A stretch of 64,000 nt of DNA from Candidatus Poribacteria bacterium (GTDB lineage: Bacteria; Poribacteria; WGA-4E; WGA-3G), in assembly GCA_964291315.2 (NCBI GenBank), contig OZ219753.1, forward strand, positions 2,272,001 through 2,336,000, given 5' to 3'. Below are positions 29,888-39,622 of this stretch, in pieces. A program made the position numbers and the translations under genes. The notes under the pieces are model-generated. The model made no database searches. It worked only from the letters and a program-made list of their open reading frames with translations, and was not told where the DNA came from. Position 1 is the first letter of the stretch. The number at the start of each line of letters is the position of its first letter.

Positions 29888-30913
29888 ATGTTTCTAACGC
29901 GGTTGAATACAAGTATCTGGGCTGCTATTTTCATGACAGTCCTCATACTCCCAGCAGCTTCAGAGGAGGAAGCAGTGACAACTCCAGATAGGCTAAAAGT
30001 GGGGATGATCGCCCCCGATTTTGCACTGAAAGATGAACAAGGACTCGAACGAAATCTCAGTGACTACTTAAGTCAGAAAAACGTAGTTCTTGCCTTTTAT
30101 CCAAAAGACTTCACAGGTGGATGAACAACGGAACTCAACTCGCTCCGGGACAGTTTGAGCGAGATAGAAGCAACCGATAGTGTTCTCTTCGGTGTGAGCG
30201 TTGACTCTGTAGAATCACACAAACGGTTCTGTGCAGAGCAAAAATTCGGGTTCTCCCTACTGGCAGATACCGATTTTAAGGTGAGCAGGCAGTACAGCGG
30301 GATCATCGAAAACTTCAAAGCGTCAAAGCGGGCAACCTTTATCATAGATAAAGCGGGATACATTCGTTCTATTGACAGAGAAGTTAACACCAAAACACAC
30401 GGGGAAGATGTCGTTGCCCAGCTAAAAGAGGTGCTACCACAGATAGAAGTCGGACAAAACGCCCCCGATTTTATTGCAGTTGACGGTGAGGGCAAAACGT
30501 ACCAACTGAGCCAATTTCGTGGAAAGAAGAAGATAGTGCTCGCGTTCTATCCGCGCGACTTTGGACGTGGCTGAACAGCGGAAGTTTGCTCGCTCCGTGA
30601 TGAGTCGAGTAGTTTTGCCAAATACGACGCTCAGGTTTTTGGAATCACGACGAATGACGCAGATTCCCATCAGAAATTTGCCGAAGAAAACCAGTTGAAC
30701 TTCCCGCTTTTGGTAGATATAGGTCGCAATCTTTCGCTCCTATACGGGGCAACAAATGCCCTTGAAGGAAGGATTGCAAGATTAACCGTTATCATTGATA
30801 AAGAAGGGAAGATTCTGGCAATTGATAAAGAAGTTAACCCTAGTACACACGGGACAGATTTAGCAGATTTCTTTAAAAACTTGGAAACATCGAACGAATC
30901 TGATGCCCCGTAA
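29888..30913 (+). CDS. Secreted tandem BCP/PrxQ peroxiredoxin with two selenocysteines (TGA 30122-30124 and 30572-30574)
   Basis: One frame, 341 codons plus stop; FYPKDFTGG-TGA-TTE and FYPRDFGRG-TGA-TAEVC at the peroxidatic Cys position; GGAGG RBS; signal peptide. Confidence 0.85.
30139..30163 (+). promoter_or_regulatory. SECIS-like hairpin 1
   Basis: CTCGCTC-11 nt-GAGCGAG, starting 14 nt after the TGA. Confidence 0.6.
30589..30609 (+). promoter_or_regulatory. SECIS-like hairpin 2
   Basis: CTCGCTC-CGTGAT-GAG(T)CGAG with bulged T, starting 14 nt after the TGA. Confidence 0.6.
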
Positions 30914-31517
30914 GACTTTATCAACAATAACTGCCCGATTCGCCTGGGGTGTCTCTGTCGTTTTTAGCCCTTTTTTAGTCCCAATCGCAACAACCATCGG
31001 CGTAGTTCAAAAACATGCCGCACCTCAAGACCTTTACCGATGGATAGGGATTGTTGTGTTGTTTGTCACCGTGTTCCCGGTACTATCAATTGCAGTAATG
31101 GCGCGACTTGCCAAAGTCAGCGATTTACATCTAAAAAATAGAGAAGAACGGTTCCTACCTTTATGCTGCACGCTCGTTAGTATGATTGTAGGAACCTTTC
31201 TATTGCAGGAACTCGGCGCGGCTCGTGAAATTGTTTGGGCAGGTATCGCTTATATCATCAACTGCGTTATTTTTCTGGCCATTACCCTGACGTGGAAAAT
31301 CAGTTTTCACAGCAGCGTCGCCACCGGCTGTATTACCGTGCTGGTGATGCTTGTTAACCTACAATTGGGGTGGCTATTTCTGCTGATCCCACTGATTGCT
31401 TGGGCACGAGTCTATCGAGAACGCCATACACTCCTGCAAACCGTTGTCGGTGCCGTGTTAGCCCTTGGCAACACGTCCATTGTTTTGTATTTAGCCAAAC
31501 TCGGGGGAAGTGGTTAG
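30903..31517 (+). CDS. PAP2-like membrane protein
   Basis: Multi-TM; WKISFH and WARV...HTLLQ motifs. Confidence 0.7.
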   Translation: MPRKTLSTITARFAWGVSVVFSPFLVPIATTIGVVQKHAAPQDLYRWIGIVVLFVTVFPVLSIAVMARLAKVSDLHLKNREERFLPLCCTLVSMIVGTFLLQELGAAREIVWAGIAYIINCVIFLAITLTWKISFHSSVATGCITVLVMLVNLQLGWLFLLIPLIAWARVYRERHTLLQTVVGAVLALGNTSIVLYLAKLGGSG

Positions 31518-31647
31518 CTAGTGGCGATTAGAAAGATTAACTGGATGCTGTTCTAATGTGAGTTTGATAAATAATTTCGCTTTTTCTTTAGTTCAAAGAG
31601 AACCCGTTTGGTATAATAGGTGATTATATTTTCCCACACAGCAGGTG

Positions 31648-32205
31648 TCACTTGTTGAGTTGTAGTCTCGATGATGCGATGAATAGGAAAGGAAACCCGC
31701 GAAGCAGACAGAAACCGACTGCAAGCGTTGCAAGGATAAGACTGACGGCTTCAAGAGCATCGTGGTTAAAAACGCTCACACTGGCAAGACTGGTAAAAGC
31801 GAGCATTTTGGTGATGCCACTCATTGCACGGCTGACGCGTGAGCGGGTCAAGGCGTATGTCCATCCTTTTTGTGGGTATCCGCAAAAGCGCTGTAAACTG
31901 TCAGTGAGAAAGCCTCGCGCCATGACTGCTATCGGCATCCAGAGGCTCAGGGGTCCGACTACTGTGAAATAGATCCAGAAGGTGTTTTCGATGATTCGAT
32001 CTACGAAAGTGTCGAGCACTTCACCGAATGTCGTGGTCTCGTTTCGCTTGCGGGCGATGTAGCCGTCGAGGGCATCAAGGGTGAATATCCCTACAATTGT
32101 GAAAATCAGAGCAATGTCAACAAGACGTGCCCAACCGAATGCAGCAATGACAATGAAGGTCAAAAGAAGGCGAGAAAATGTGATGATGTTCGCAACCATA
32201 CCCAC
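31648..32205 (-). CDS. CDP-alcohol phosphatidyltransferase family protein
   Basis: DALDGYIARKRNETTTFGEVLDTFVDR signature. Confidence 0.9.
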   Translation of the reverse strand: MGMVANIITFSRLLLTFIVIAAFGWARLVDIALIFTIVGIFTLDALDGYIARKRNETTTFGEVLDTFVDRIIENTFWIYFTVVGPLSLWMPIAVMARGFLTDSLQRFCGYPQKGWTYALTRSRVSRAMSGITKMLAFTSLASVSVFNHDALEAVSLILATLAVGFCLLRGFPFLFIASSRLQLNK

Positions 32206-32301
32206 TTATTCTCCTTATCCTAGTGCGATGTACTTCATTTTCAGGAAGATCCGGTGAGAGAGCTGACATTAAACTTCTCGGAAAAACGATACTAAAAATG
32301 A

Positions 32302-34098
32302 TCACCACTCTGAATGCGCAAATCCTCTACCATCGGACATCTGTTCAATTGCGGCAGTGCGCGCTTTAAAGTTGGGGTGTGTAGACAACATCTCGTTGAA
32401 GGTATCCAAGTCTTCAGGAGCATCATTGAGTTGAATCAATTTCCGTAAGGCTTGCAGAAAGACAGCCGGCTCTCCCGTGAGATCTACCGCATACGCATCT
32501 GCCTCAAACTCCATCCGATGCCAAAAACGCATCAGACTAAACTGCACAAAGAAAACCATCACACCTGAATGAACGCCCATCAACAGGAGCCAATACAGCC
32601 ACTGCGGGATACCCGGGAAAAAATCCAAGAAAAATATATTCAGACGCGCCAATAACAAGTGCCCACCAAAACCGAGGACAATATAGGCAACTTGCTTGAG
32701 CAGATGCCGATGTTTCACATGCCCTAACTCATGCGCGAAAATCGCCGCTATCTCATCTGAACGCAGATGATCCAGCAGATAGTCCGTCACAAATACCGAA
32801 CGCCACTGCGGGACGATACCCGCAACCCAGGCATTCGCCAACTTGTGGCTCCTGGTTTGTAGTATCGCGATATTTCGGTAATCTATCTCTGCTTCTTCCG
32901 CAAGTTGGTGCAGACGGTTGCTGAGGCTGCTATCTTCTAAAGGTTTCCCCTTCCAAATCCAACTCATGACAAAAGGCATCACACACGCAAAGAGGACTGT
33001 TAATATCGCATATTCTGCAAGCAGCAGCCACAGAAAGAACTGAGACGATAGATGTGGAAAGACTGTCCGGGTGGCTAAAAAACAGATTGGGAGCAAGAGA
33101 GCCGGGGTGCCCAGGAGAATCATCCGCAGATTTGTGAGGAAGTTCTCACGAAACGTCCAAGTGGTCTGACGCATATTTTTCTCGTGCTTGTGTAATAAAA
33201 ACACAAAAATTATGAAGGATAGAATCGAGCCTGGGCAGACACCAAGTATGAAGCCCAAGATCCTACTGTGTGTTAGCATAGCCATCACATCGGCGCAACC
33301 TATAGCAGTTAGCAACCATGGTATAATAAGGAATTGTTTATTGATTATGGTGGTTTTGACAAAAGACAACCGAATTTTACCTTTTTTATTGAGAGATACG
33401 CCCTGTCTAAGAAATAGATACAAGGTGGCGTTCGGTAGAAATACCTGAAGAATCAACAGTGGCACTGCCTTTAAGAACCACGTATTGGAAAATGAGATAG
33501 AGGCTCTAAGCACTGGAAGACTTTGGAATTCGGGTGTGTGTGTAGTGTGAAACGTATAGCGAATTTGGTAATTGTACATACCTATCCCCGTTTTTTGGAA
33601 CTGAAACTGGTCTTGCCAGTTCTGCTCTGGCAGCCCATCGGCGTTTAGATCTGTATCAGGGGTGTAGAAATTTCCTTGATAGCGGAGCCCGTTGTGTGCT
33701 TCGATGTTAATAATAACGGTCTTAAAATCAGAGAATTGTGTGCGAATGGCTTCAAAGTTGAGTGTAAGCGTAGTGTTAAGCCGTTCCTTTTCTGAAATGT
33801 TTCCACATTGTCGGCCGACTTTATCGCCTTCTTGATAGACAATTTCAAAGCAGTGTTCGGGGCAGTCCCAGCTGTGTGCGTGTGCTAGTTTTTGGAAGGC
33901 ATCTCGGATCTTCTGTGTGGAGACCGATGTAGGATATTTTATCTCGATCACATCTTCAGTTTTCCAGCTCTGAACCTTGAATGTCAAAAGAAGCGGTTGC
34001 TCTGTAGGAGGTGATTCCTGACCAACCGTGCTACTGCTGAGAAAAATAAAGAAAGCTAATATGAGGATTGGTATTTTTTTCCGGTGGCGATGTTGCAT
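32302..34098 (-). CDS. M48 (Ste24/HtpX-like) membrane metalloprotease with extracellular N-domain
   Basis: ANAWV, AHELGH, EFEADAYA, STHP. Confidence 0.88.
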   Translation of the reverse strand: MQHRHRKKIPILILAFFIFLSSSTVGQESPPTEQPLLLTFKVQSWKTEDVIEIKYPTSVSTQKIRDAFQKLAHAHSWDCPEHCFEIVYQEGDKVGRQCGNISEKERLNTTLTLNFEAIRTQFSDFKTVIINIEAHNGLRYQGNFYTPDTDLNADGLPEQNWQDQFQFQKTGIGMYNYQIRYTFHTTHTPEFQSLPVLRASISFSNTWFLKAVPLLILQVFLPNATLYLFLRQGVSLNKKGKIRLSFVKTTIINKQFLIIPWLLTAIGCADVMAMLTHSRILGFILGVCPGSILSFIIFVFLLHKHEKNMRQTTWTFRENFLTNLRMILLGTPALLLPICFLATRTVFPHLSSQFFLWLLLAEYAILTVLFACVMPFVMSWIWKGKPLEDSSLSNRLHQLAEEAEIDYRNIAILQTRSHKLANAWVAGIVPQWRSVFVTDYLLDHLRSDEIAAIFAHELGHVKHRHLLKQVAYIVLGFGGHLLLARLNIFFLDFFPGIPQWLYWLLLMGVHSGVMVFFVQFSLMRFWHRMEFEADAYAVDLTGEPAVFLQALRKLIQLNDAPEDLDTFNEMLSTHPNFKARTAAIEQMSDGRGFAHSEW

Positions 34099-34638
34099 CT
34101 TTGTAATTAACTGACATTTCTCAGAATAATGTTTCCGCCAAACTAGGTGTTGATTGAGCGGGAGTGGTCTCCTGAAAATGCGATCTGTCTACAAAATAGG
34201 GTTTGATTTTTAGGGCATGATATAGGATTCTAAGATCTATATCGACTTCTTAGGAGACTACCTCATGTGCGGACATGTTATCAGATATTGGAGGTTTTTT
34301 CGATCGATCTTTCCCGATATGATGCCCGTTCTCTGTGAGAACTTGCTTTCCCCCGGAGTGAGTCTCGGCATCGAGATTTTAGGGATGCCCCTACACAGGT
34401 AGTGACTATATCTAAAGACCTTCAGGAATGTTTCTGGCAGCAAGGCATCCACTTGGTTTACACAGTCCGGGGAAACAAGGCATCGATCTTCGGAGAATAC
34501 ACTCTTGCAGAATGGCTCTGAACTTCATCAGACTAACGAGGGACAAAGTAGCCGTAAACCCTAAACTTTTTTCAAGCTCACTTATTCTATTAACGGCTAA
34601 AAGCGGAGCCTGTGAGCGGTAATCCCGACAGCCAGTTA

Positions 34639-35433
34639 TCACACTTGTTTCAACGGGGGTAAATTATCCCAATCACATTCCAAGCAGAAATAACCGTCTC
34701 TACCGAGACGACGTACTCGACCATCACATTGTGGGCAGTTCGCCAGCCCAGGTACACCTGCCTCCTCGCTTGGCGCTGGAAACATGAGCAGCTGTTCTAG
34801 GGGCAAAGTTTGCTCACTCTCCCTTGCGAGTTCGAGTTGCACATTTTCCATTATATCGCGGGTATCCAATTTAAAGGGTGACGGGGCATTCCGAGTGAGA
34901 TTGATGAAATCACTCCGGTAAACCCGAATTGTATTATCTTCTCGGACCTGCCGTATAAAAAGTGTATATTTGTCCGGGGCAACCAAATAAGCGGCAGTGT
35001 CTAGAACGTGTCTACGGGGTTTGATCACTATTTCGTAACCGCGGTAGTTTAGGGTGGAATGGCTGGACTCATGTTGCATCTGAGAGATTTCAGAAAGTTC
35101 GTGAGAACGGGAAGGTGAGAGAATCAAGGCATATCGGCGACACGGATGTTGTGCAAGCTGCTCAAACGGCAGAAAGCTTTGCGGTTCTGCGCTATCTTGA
35201 AGGAACGTAACAAAGGTTGTATAAGCGCTTTCGGTGGCTTCTTGCAAGATTAGCTGGCTCAACCTTTGGCGGCGTGGTGGATATGCCATATCGATAGGTG
35301 CAAACTCCCGCGAGTACAATTCGAGTTGAACCTCAACATCAAGCTCCTGATTTTCAGCACTAATGCGCTGTAGGCGTTCCACCGGTCTGTCCGCATTCTT
35401 CAGAACAAAAGGTAACATAAGCAACCTGCTCAA
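34639..35433 (-). CDS. Hypothetical protein with C-terminal zinc ribbon
   Basis: CPQC...FCLEC; 264-aa ORF; start uncertain. Confidence 0.65.
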   Translation of the reverse strand: MSRLLMLPFVLKNADRPVERLQRISAENQELDVEVQLELYSREFAPIDMAYPPRRQRLSQLILQEATESAYTTFVTFLQDSAEPQSFLPFEQLAQHPCRRYALILSPSRSHELSEISQMQHESSHSTLNYRGYEIVIKPRRHVLDTAAYLVAPDKYTLFIRQVREDNTIRVYRSDFINLTRNAPSPFKLDTRDIMENVQLELARESEQTLPLEQLLMFPAPSEEAGVPGLANCPQCDGRVRRLGRDGYFCLECDWDNLPPLKQV

Positions 35434-35530
35434 ACTCCTTTAATTAGTTTACGGTTGACTGTAATAAGTTTAGCACACATTCCGACTTTTGTCCAATCAA
35501 TTGTGGCGGATGCGCCTTTAACGATTTAAG

Positions 35531-35559
35531 TTGTATCTTTTTCAGCAGTATGCTATACT
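35531..35559 (+). promoter_or_regulatory. Sigma70-like promoter for yebC
   Basis: TTGTAT-17-TATACT with TG extension. Confidence 0.55.
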
Positions 35560-35593
35560 AATTTAATCATAATTATTAGAAAGGATATAAACC

Positions 35594-36340
35594 ATGTCAG
35601 GACATTCTAAATGGTCTACAATCAAACACAAAAAAGCAGCGAACGACTCCCGGCGCGGTAAACTTTTTTCCAAGTTAATTAAGGAAATTACAGCATCGGC
35701 GCGTATCGGTGGCGGCGATGTGGATATGAATCCACGGCTCCGCACAGCAATTGCAGCTGCACGATCAGGTAACGTTCCAAACGATAATATTGAGAAGGCG
35801 ATTCTTCGTGGCACGGGTGAGCTCGAAGGAACTACCTACGAAGAAATTACCTATGAGGGTTATGGACCCGGGGGTGTCGCCCTGATGATAGAGGTGCTCA
35901 CCGACAATCGCAACCGCGCAGTCGCGGCGATTCGACACGCCCTCACCAAGCACGAAGGCAGAATTGGGGAACGTGGGTGCGTCGCTTGGGGTTTTGACAA
36001 ACGTGGCCTGATTGTCGTAGCACCGGATAGTATTGACGAAGAAGAACTTTTCATGATTGCGGCTGAAGCCGGGGCAGAAGATGTCACGCCTTCAGAAGTC
36101 GGCATTGAAATTCTTACACCATTTGAGATGTTCGATAGCGTCTTAACCGCAGTTCAGGGAACATCTGCGAATATTCAACGCGCTGAGACTAGCATGATTC
36201 CGCAAAACACGGTGAAACTTGAAGGAAAAGAAGCTGAACGGATGCTACGGCTCATGGACACCCTCGATGATCTCGATGATGTCCAAAAAGTCTATGCCAA
36301 CTTCGATATTCCCGATAGTCTGCTAGAAGCAGCAGCGTAG
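35594..36340 (+). CDS. yebC: YebC/PmpR family protein
   Basis: [28 protein letters not shown]. Confidence 0.96.
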   Translation: MSGHSKWSTIKHKKAANDSRRGKLFSKLIKEITASARIGGGDVDMNPRLRTAIAAARSGNVPNDNIEKAILRGTGELEGTTYEEITYEGYGPGGVALMIEVLTDNRNRAVAAIRHALTKHEGRIGERGCVAWGFDKRGLIVVAPDSIDEEELFMIAAEAGAEDVTPSEVGIEILTPFEMFDSVLTAVQGTSANIQRAETSMIPQNTVKLEGKEAERMLRLMDTLDDLDDVQKVYANFDIPDSLLEAAA

Positions 36341-36489
36341 CGACAAAACAGGGGCAATATTACCGCAAGTAGGTATATTGATGGTGCTATCTCGTCTTGA
36401 TCATGGAGTAGAGGTGTTGGTGCAATGCCGTACTTGTTTTCACAAACAGTTCAACTCAGTGGTAAATATCGACAGTAAGGGCCGTGAGG

Positions 36490-37086
36490 ATGATTTCTTA
36501 CATTAAAGGGGTTCTCGTTCACAAAGATGCAAAACAGGTTACTGTAGATGTAAACGGCATCGGATATGCTGTCGATGTTCCACCGAGATCCTTAACGGAC
36601 CTGCCACCTATAGGGGATACCGTTACCTTCTATACATATTATCACCAAACCCGTGATAATAAGATTACGCTTTACGGATTCATTTCAAGGGACGCGCTCA
36701 AAACTTTTGAGTTGGCGCTGACTGTCACAGGTGTAGGCCCAACACTCGCGCAAAACATCGTTTCAAAATTATCACCTGCACAATTCCAACGCGCTATCCA
36801 CTGTGAAGATATTGCTGTGCTAACGCGAGTTCCACGTTTAGGTAGAGAACTTGCACAAGTGATGATCTCCAAGCTAAAAAAGAATATCGCGAAAATGGAA
36901 TTGGAAGGTGCAGCTGCCCTCGAAAACACTGTGTCTCTAAATGTAGGGGTAATCGAAATACTTATCAACCTTGGTGCCACAGAACTCCAAGCGGAAAAAG
37001 CCGTTGAAAAAGCACAAAAAATTCTGGGAGGCTCTGCAAAACGGGAAGATATAGTGCAACATGCCCTTCGCTACGTCCAAAACTAA
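36490..37086 (+). CDS. ruvA: Holliday junction branch migration protein RuvA
   Basis: MISYIKG, VNGIGY, LYGF, VTGVGP; precedes ruvB. Confidence 0.92.
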   Translation: MISYIKGVLVHKDAKQVTVDVNGIGYAVDVPPRSLTDLPPIGDTVTFYTYYHQTRDNKITLYGFISRDALKTFELALTVTGVGPTLAQNIVSKLSPAQFQRAIHCEDIAVLTRVPRLGRELAQVMISKLKKNIAKMELEGAAALENTVSLNVGVIEILINLGATELQAEKAVEKAQKILGGSAKREDIVQHALRYVQN

Positions 37087-37178
37087 GCGCATGTAAGTAT
37101 GTGAATTAAGGCAAACGCTGCCCAAAATCAAAAGATATCGCGAAACGAAACATTATTAAATTTCCGGTAAGACACAAA

Positions 37179-38192
37179 ATGAACAATCACGAAACTCGGA
37201 TGCAAGACTTAGCCATCGAAGACGACGACTTTGGATACAGCCTCCGCCCGGAAACGTTAAATGAATTTATCGGGCAAGAACGAGCCAAGGAACAGCTGAG
37301 TATCCACATTGAAGCCGCTAAGAAACGAGGCGACGCGTTAGAGCACGTTCTTCTCGTCAGTCCGCCGGGGCTCGGAAAGACCACGCTTGCAAAGATTATC
37401 GCTAACGAGATGCAGAGCGGCTTTAAACAAACGATCGGTACTATTATAGAACGCCTCGATCTTGCTTCGACCTTGACAAATCTCGATAAGAGTGATGTCT
37501 TGTTTATTGATGAAATTCATCGAATGAAAGGGTACGTGCAAGAATCTCTCTACCCCGCAATGGAAGATTACCGCCTCGATTTAGCGATTGGACAGGGACC
37601 GGCATCGGATGTCGTACAACTCTCTCTTAAACCTTTTACACTCGTTGGTGCCACGACACGTGAAGGCTTGCTTGCGGGACCTTTCCGAGATCGTTTTGGC
37701 ATTCGCATACACCTCGATTACTATGAAGCAGAAGAGATCCAACAGGCCATTCGCATCAATAGTGGGAAATTGGACATTAACATTGACGAAAACGCAGAGT
37801 ATACATTAGCTCGCCGTTCGCGTGGCACAATGCGAATTGCCAACAAACTGCTCGCTAACGTCAGGGATTATGCCCAGGTCAAAGGTAACGGTGCACTCTC
37901 ACATGAGATTGCAAAAGAGGCATTGGAATTCTTTGGCATTGATGAACGCGGATTAGATGCACAAGACTATGCCTATTTTCAAACACTCATTGAGAAATTC
38001 AGTGGACGCGCTGGTCTTAAAGCCCTCGCCGTGGCACTGAGTGAAGATGAACGCACAGTCTCAGAGGTTTACGAACCGTATTATATCAAAGAGGGTTTTT
38101 TGATGCTCACACCGGGCGGGCGTATCGCCACCGATGCCGCTTATGAATACTTCAACTATCCTGTTAACTCCCAAGCATCACTATTTCAGTAG
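37179..38192 (+). CDS. ruvB: Holliday junction branch migration helicase RuvB
   Basis: LRP, PPGLGKTT, FIDEIHR, LYPAMED, GATTR, RDRFG. Confidence 0.95.
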   Translation: MNNHETRMQDLAIEDDDFGYSLRPETLNEFIGQERAKEQLSIHIEAAKKRGDALEHVLLVSPPGLGKTTLAKIIANEMQSGFKQTIGTIIERLDLASTLTNLDKSDVLFIDEIHRMKGYVQESLYPAMEDYRLDLAIGQGPASDVVQLSLKPFTLVGATTREGLLAGPFRDRFGIRIHLDYYEAEEIQQAIRINSGKLDINIDENAEYTLARRSRGTMRIANKLLANVRDYAQVKGNGALSHEIAKEALEFFGIDERGLDAQDYAYFQTLIEKFSGRAGLKALAVALSEDERTVSEVYEPYYIKEGFLMLTPGGRIATDAAYEYFNYPVNSQASLFQ

Positions 38193-38224
38193 TTGTCAAT
38201 CGTATTTTGTCGTATCCGACTGTT

Positions 38225-39253
38225 ATGAAACTCACAGACTTTGATTATCACCTGCCTTCTGGCCGGATCGCGCAAAGCCCGCTTGAACAACGTGATGCCT
38301 CACGGCTCTTGGTGGTTGATCGCAGCACCCACGCATTTCACCATACGCGTTTTTCACAGATTGGCGAATACTTGCCGGACGCTGCGCGTTTGGTGCTAAA
38401 CGACACAAAGGTTATACCAGCACGGTTAATTGGAAATAAACGTGGCACCGGAGGAAAGATAGAACTCCTGCTTATCCGTGAAACAGAAACTGACACTTGG
38501 GAGATAGTGGCAAAACCGCGGAGGAGTCTCCGGATAGGTACACAGATTGTATTCGGAAACGGTGCATTAACAGCAGAAGTCCTCACAAAACCAGAGGACA
38601 GCAATTGCACTGTTCGTTTCAACTACAGTGGAACGTTTTCAGCTGTCCTTGCGGATGTCGGTAAGATACCGCTCCCCCCTTATATCCGCCGTCCACCGAA
38701 CGCTGAAGACAAAGTACGCTACCAAACAGTTTACGCTGCTACTGAAGGTGCAATTGCTGCACCAACAGCAGGGCTACACTTTACACAAGAATTGTTAGCG
38801 AAATTGGAAAATAAACGGATAGAAACCGCTACGTTAACACTACACGTTGGCCCTGGAACATTCCAACCTGTGAAAGTCGAAGATATTCAGAACCACAAAA
38901 TGTCTGCTGAATACATCCACCTGACTGAAACTGAAGCGCGCTGTATCCGTTCCGCCCGGGAGGCAGGCGTGAAAATTGTCGCTATCGGGACGACCGTGGT
39001 ACGAGCTCTAGAAAGTGCAGCTGCAACCGGTACCGTTCATCCCTACAGCGGTTACAGTGAACTTTTTATCTATCCCGGTCACCGGTTTAATGTCGTAGAT
39101 GCTTTGGTTACTAACTTCCATCTACCCAAATCAACCTTACTCATGCTTGTGAGTGCCTTCGCTGGGAAAGATTTAATTCGGAAAGCGTATCAAGAGGCAC
39201 TCCAACACAATTATCGTTTCTACAGTTATGGAGATGCCATGCTGATTCTTTGA
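38225..39253 (+). CDS. queA: tRNA preQ1 SAM ribosyltransferase-isomerase
   Basis: DFDYHLP, PLPPYI, AAPTAGLHF, TNFHLP, YSYGDAM. Confidence 0.96.
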   Translation: MKLTDFDYHLPSGRIAQSPLEQRDASRLLVVDRSTHAFHHTRFSQIGEYLPDAARLVLNDTKVIPARLIGNKRGTGGKIELLLIRETETDTWEIVAKPRRSLRIGTQIVFGNGALTAEVLTKPEDSNCTVRFNYSGTFSAVLADVGKIPLPPYIRRPPNAEDKVRYQTVYAATEGAIAAPTAGLHFTQELLAKLENKRIETATLTLHVGPGTFQPVKVEDIQNHKMSAEYIHLTETEARCIRSAREAGVKIVAIGTTVVRALESAAATGTVHPYSGYSELFIYPGHRFNVVDALVTNFHLPKSTLLMLVSAFAGKDLIRKAYQEALQHNYRFYSYGDAMLIL

Positions 39254-39306
39254 TCTCAACGGCAAGATTTGACTTCAAGCTGTGGCAAAATAGAAGGAGA
39301 CACGCT

Positions 39307-39609
39307 ATGGACCAAATAATAGGTCTGCTTGTTCCGTTTATCGCTATGGGGGCGATCATGTATTTCCTATTATGGCGGCCGGAACAAGCCAAACGAAAAA
39401 AACATCAGAATATGCTGGAGAATCTATCTAAGGGCGACGAAATTGTAACCAACGGCGGATTGCACGGCAAAATTCTCGGTATTAGTAACGATAAGAATAC
39501 TATTCTCATCACTGTCGGAGAAGTGAACAACCAAGAAGTAAAAGTTCAAATCTCACGAAGTGCTGTCGCCTTTCTCAAAAAGGGCGGTGAACTCATCGAA
39601 GGTGAATAA
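39307..39609 (+). CDS. yajC: Preprotein translocase subunit YajC
   Basis: YFLLWRP, KGDEIVTNGGLHG; AGGAG RBS. Confidence 0.92.
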   Translation: MDQIIGLLVPFIAMGAIMYFLLWRPEQAKRKKHQNMLENLSKGDEIVTNGGLHGKILGISNDKNTILITVGEVNNQEVKVQISRSAVAFLKKGGELIEGE

Positions 39610-39622
39610 AATCGATCCAGTT

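Noticed and set aside
29804-30913. Three separate small redoxin ORFs or a nonsense pseudogene
   Set aside because: Both stops are TGA exactly at the catalytic Cys, in one frame, with downstream hairpins; Sec recoding is more parsimonious
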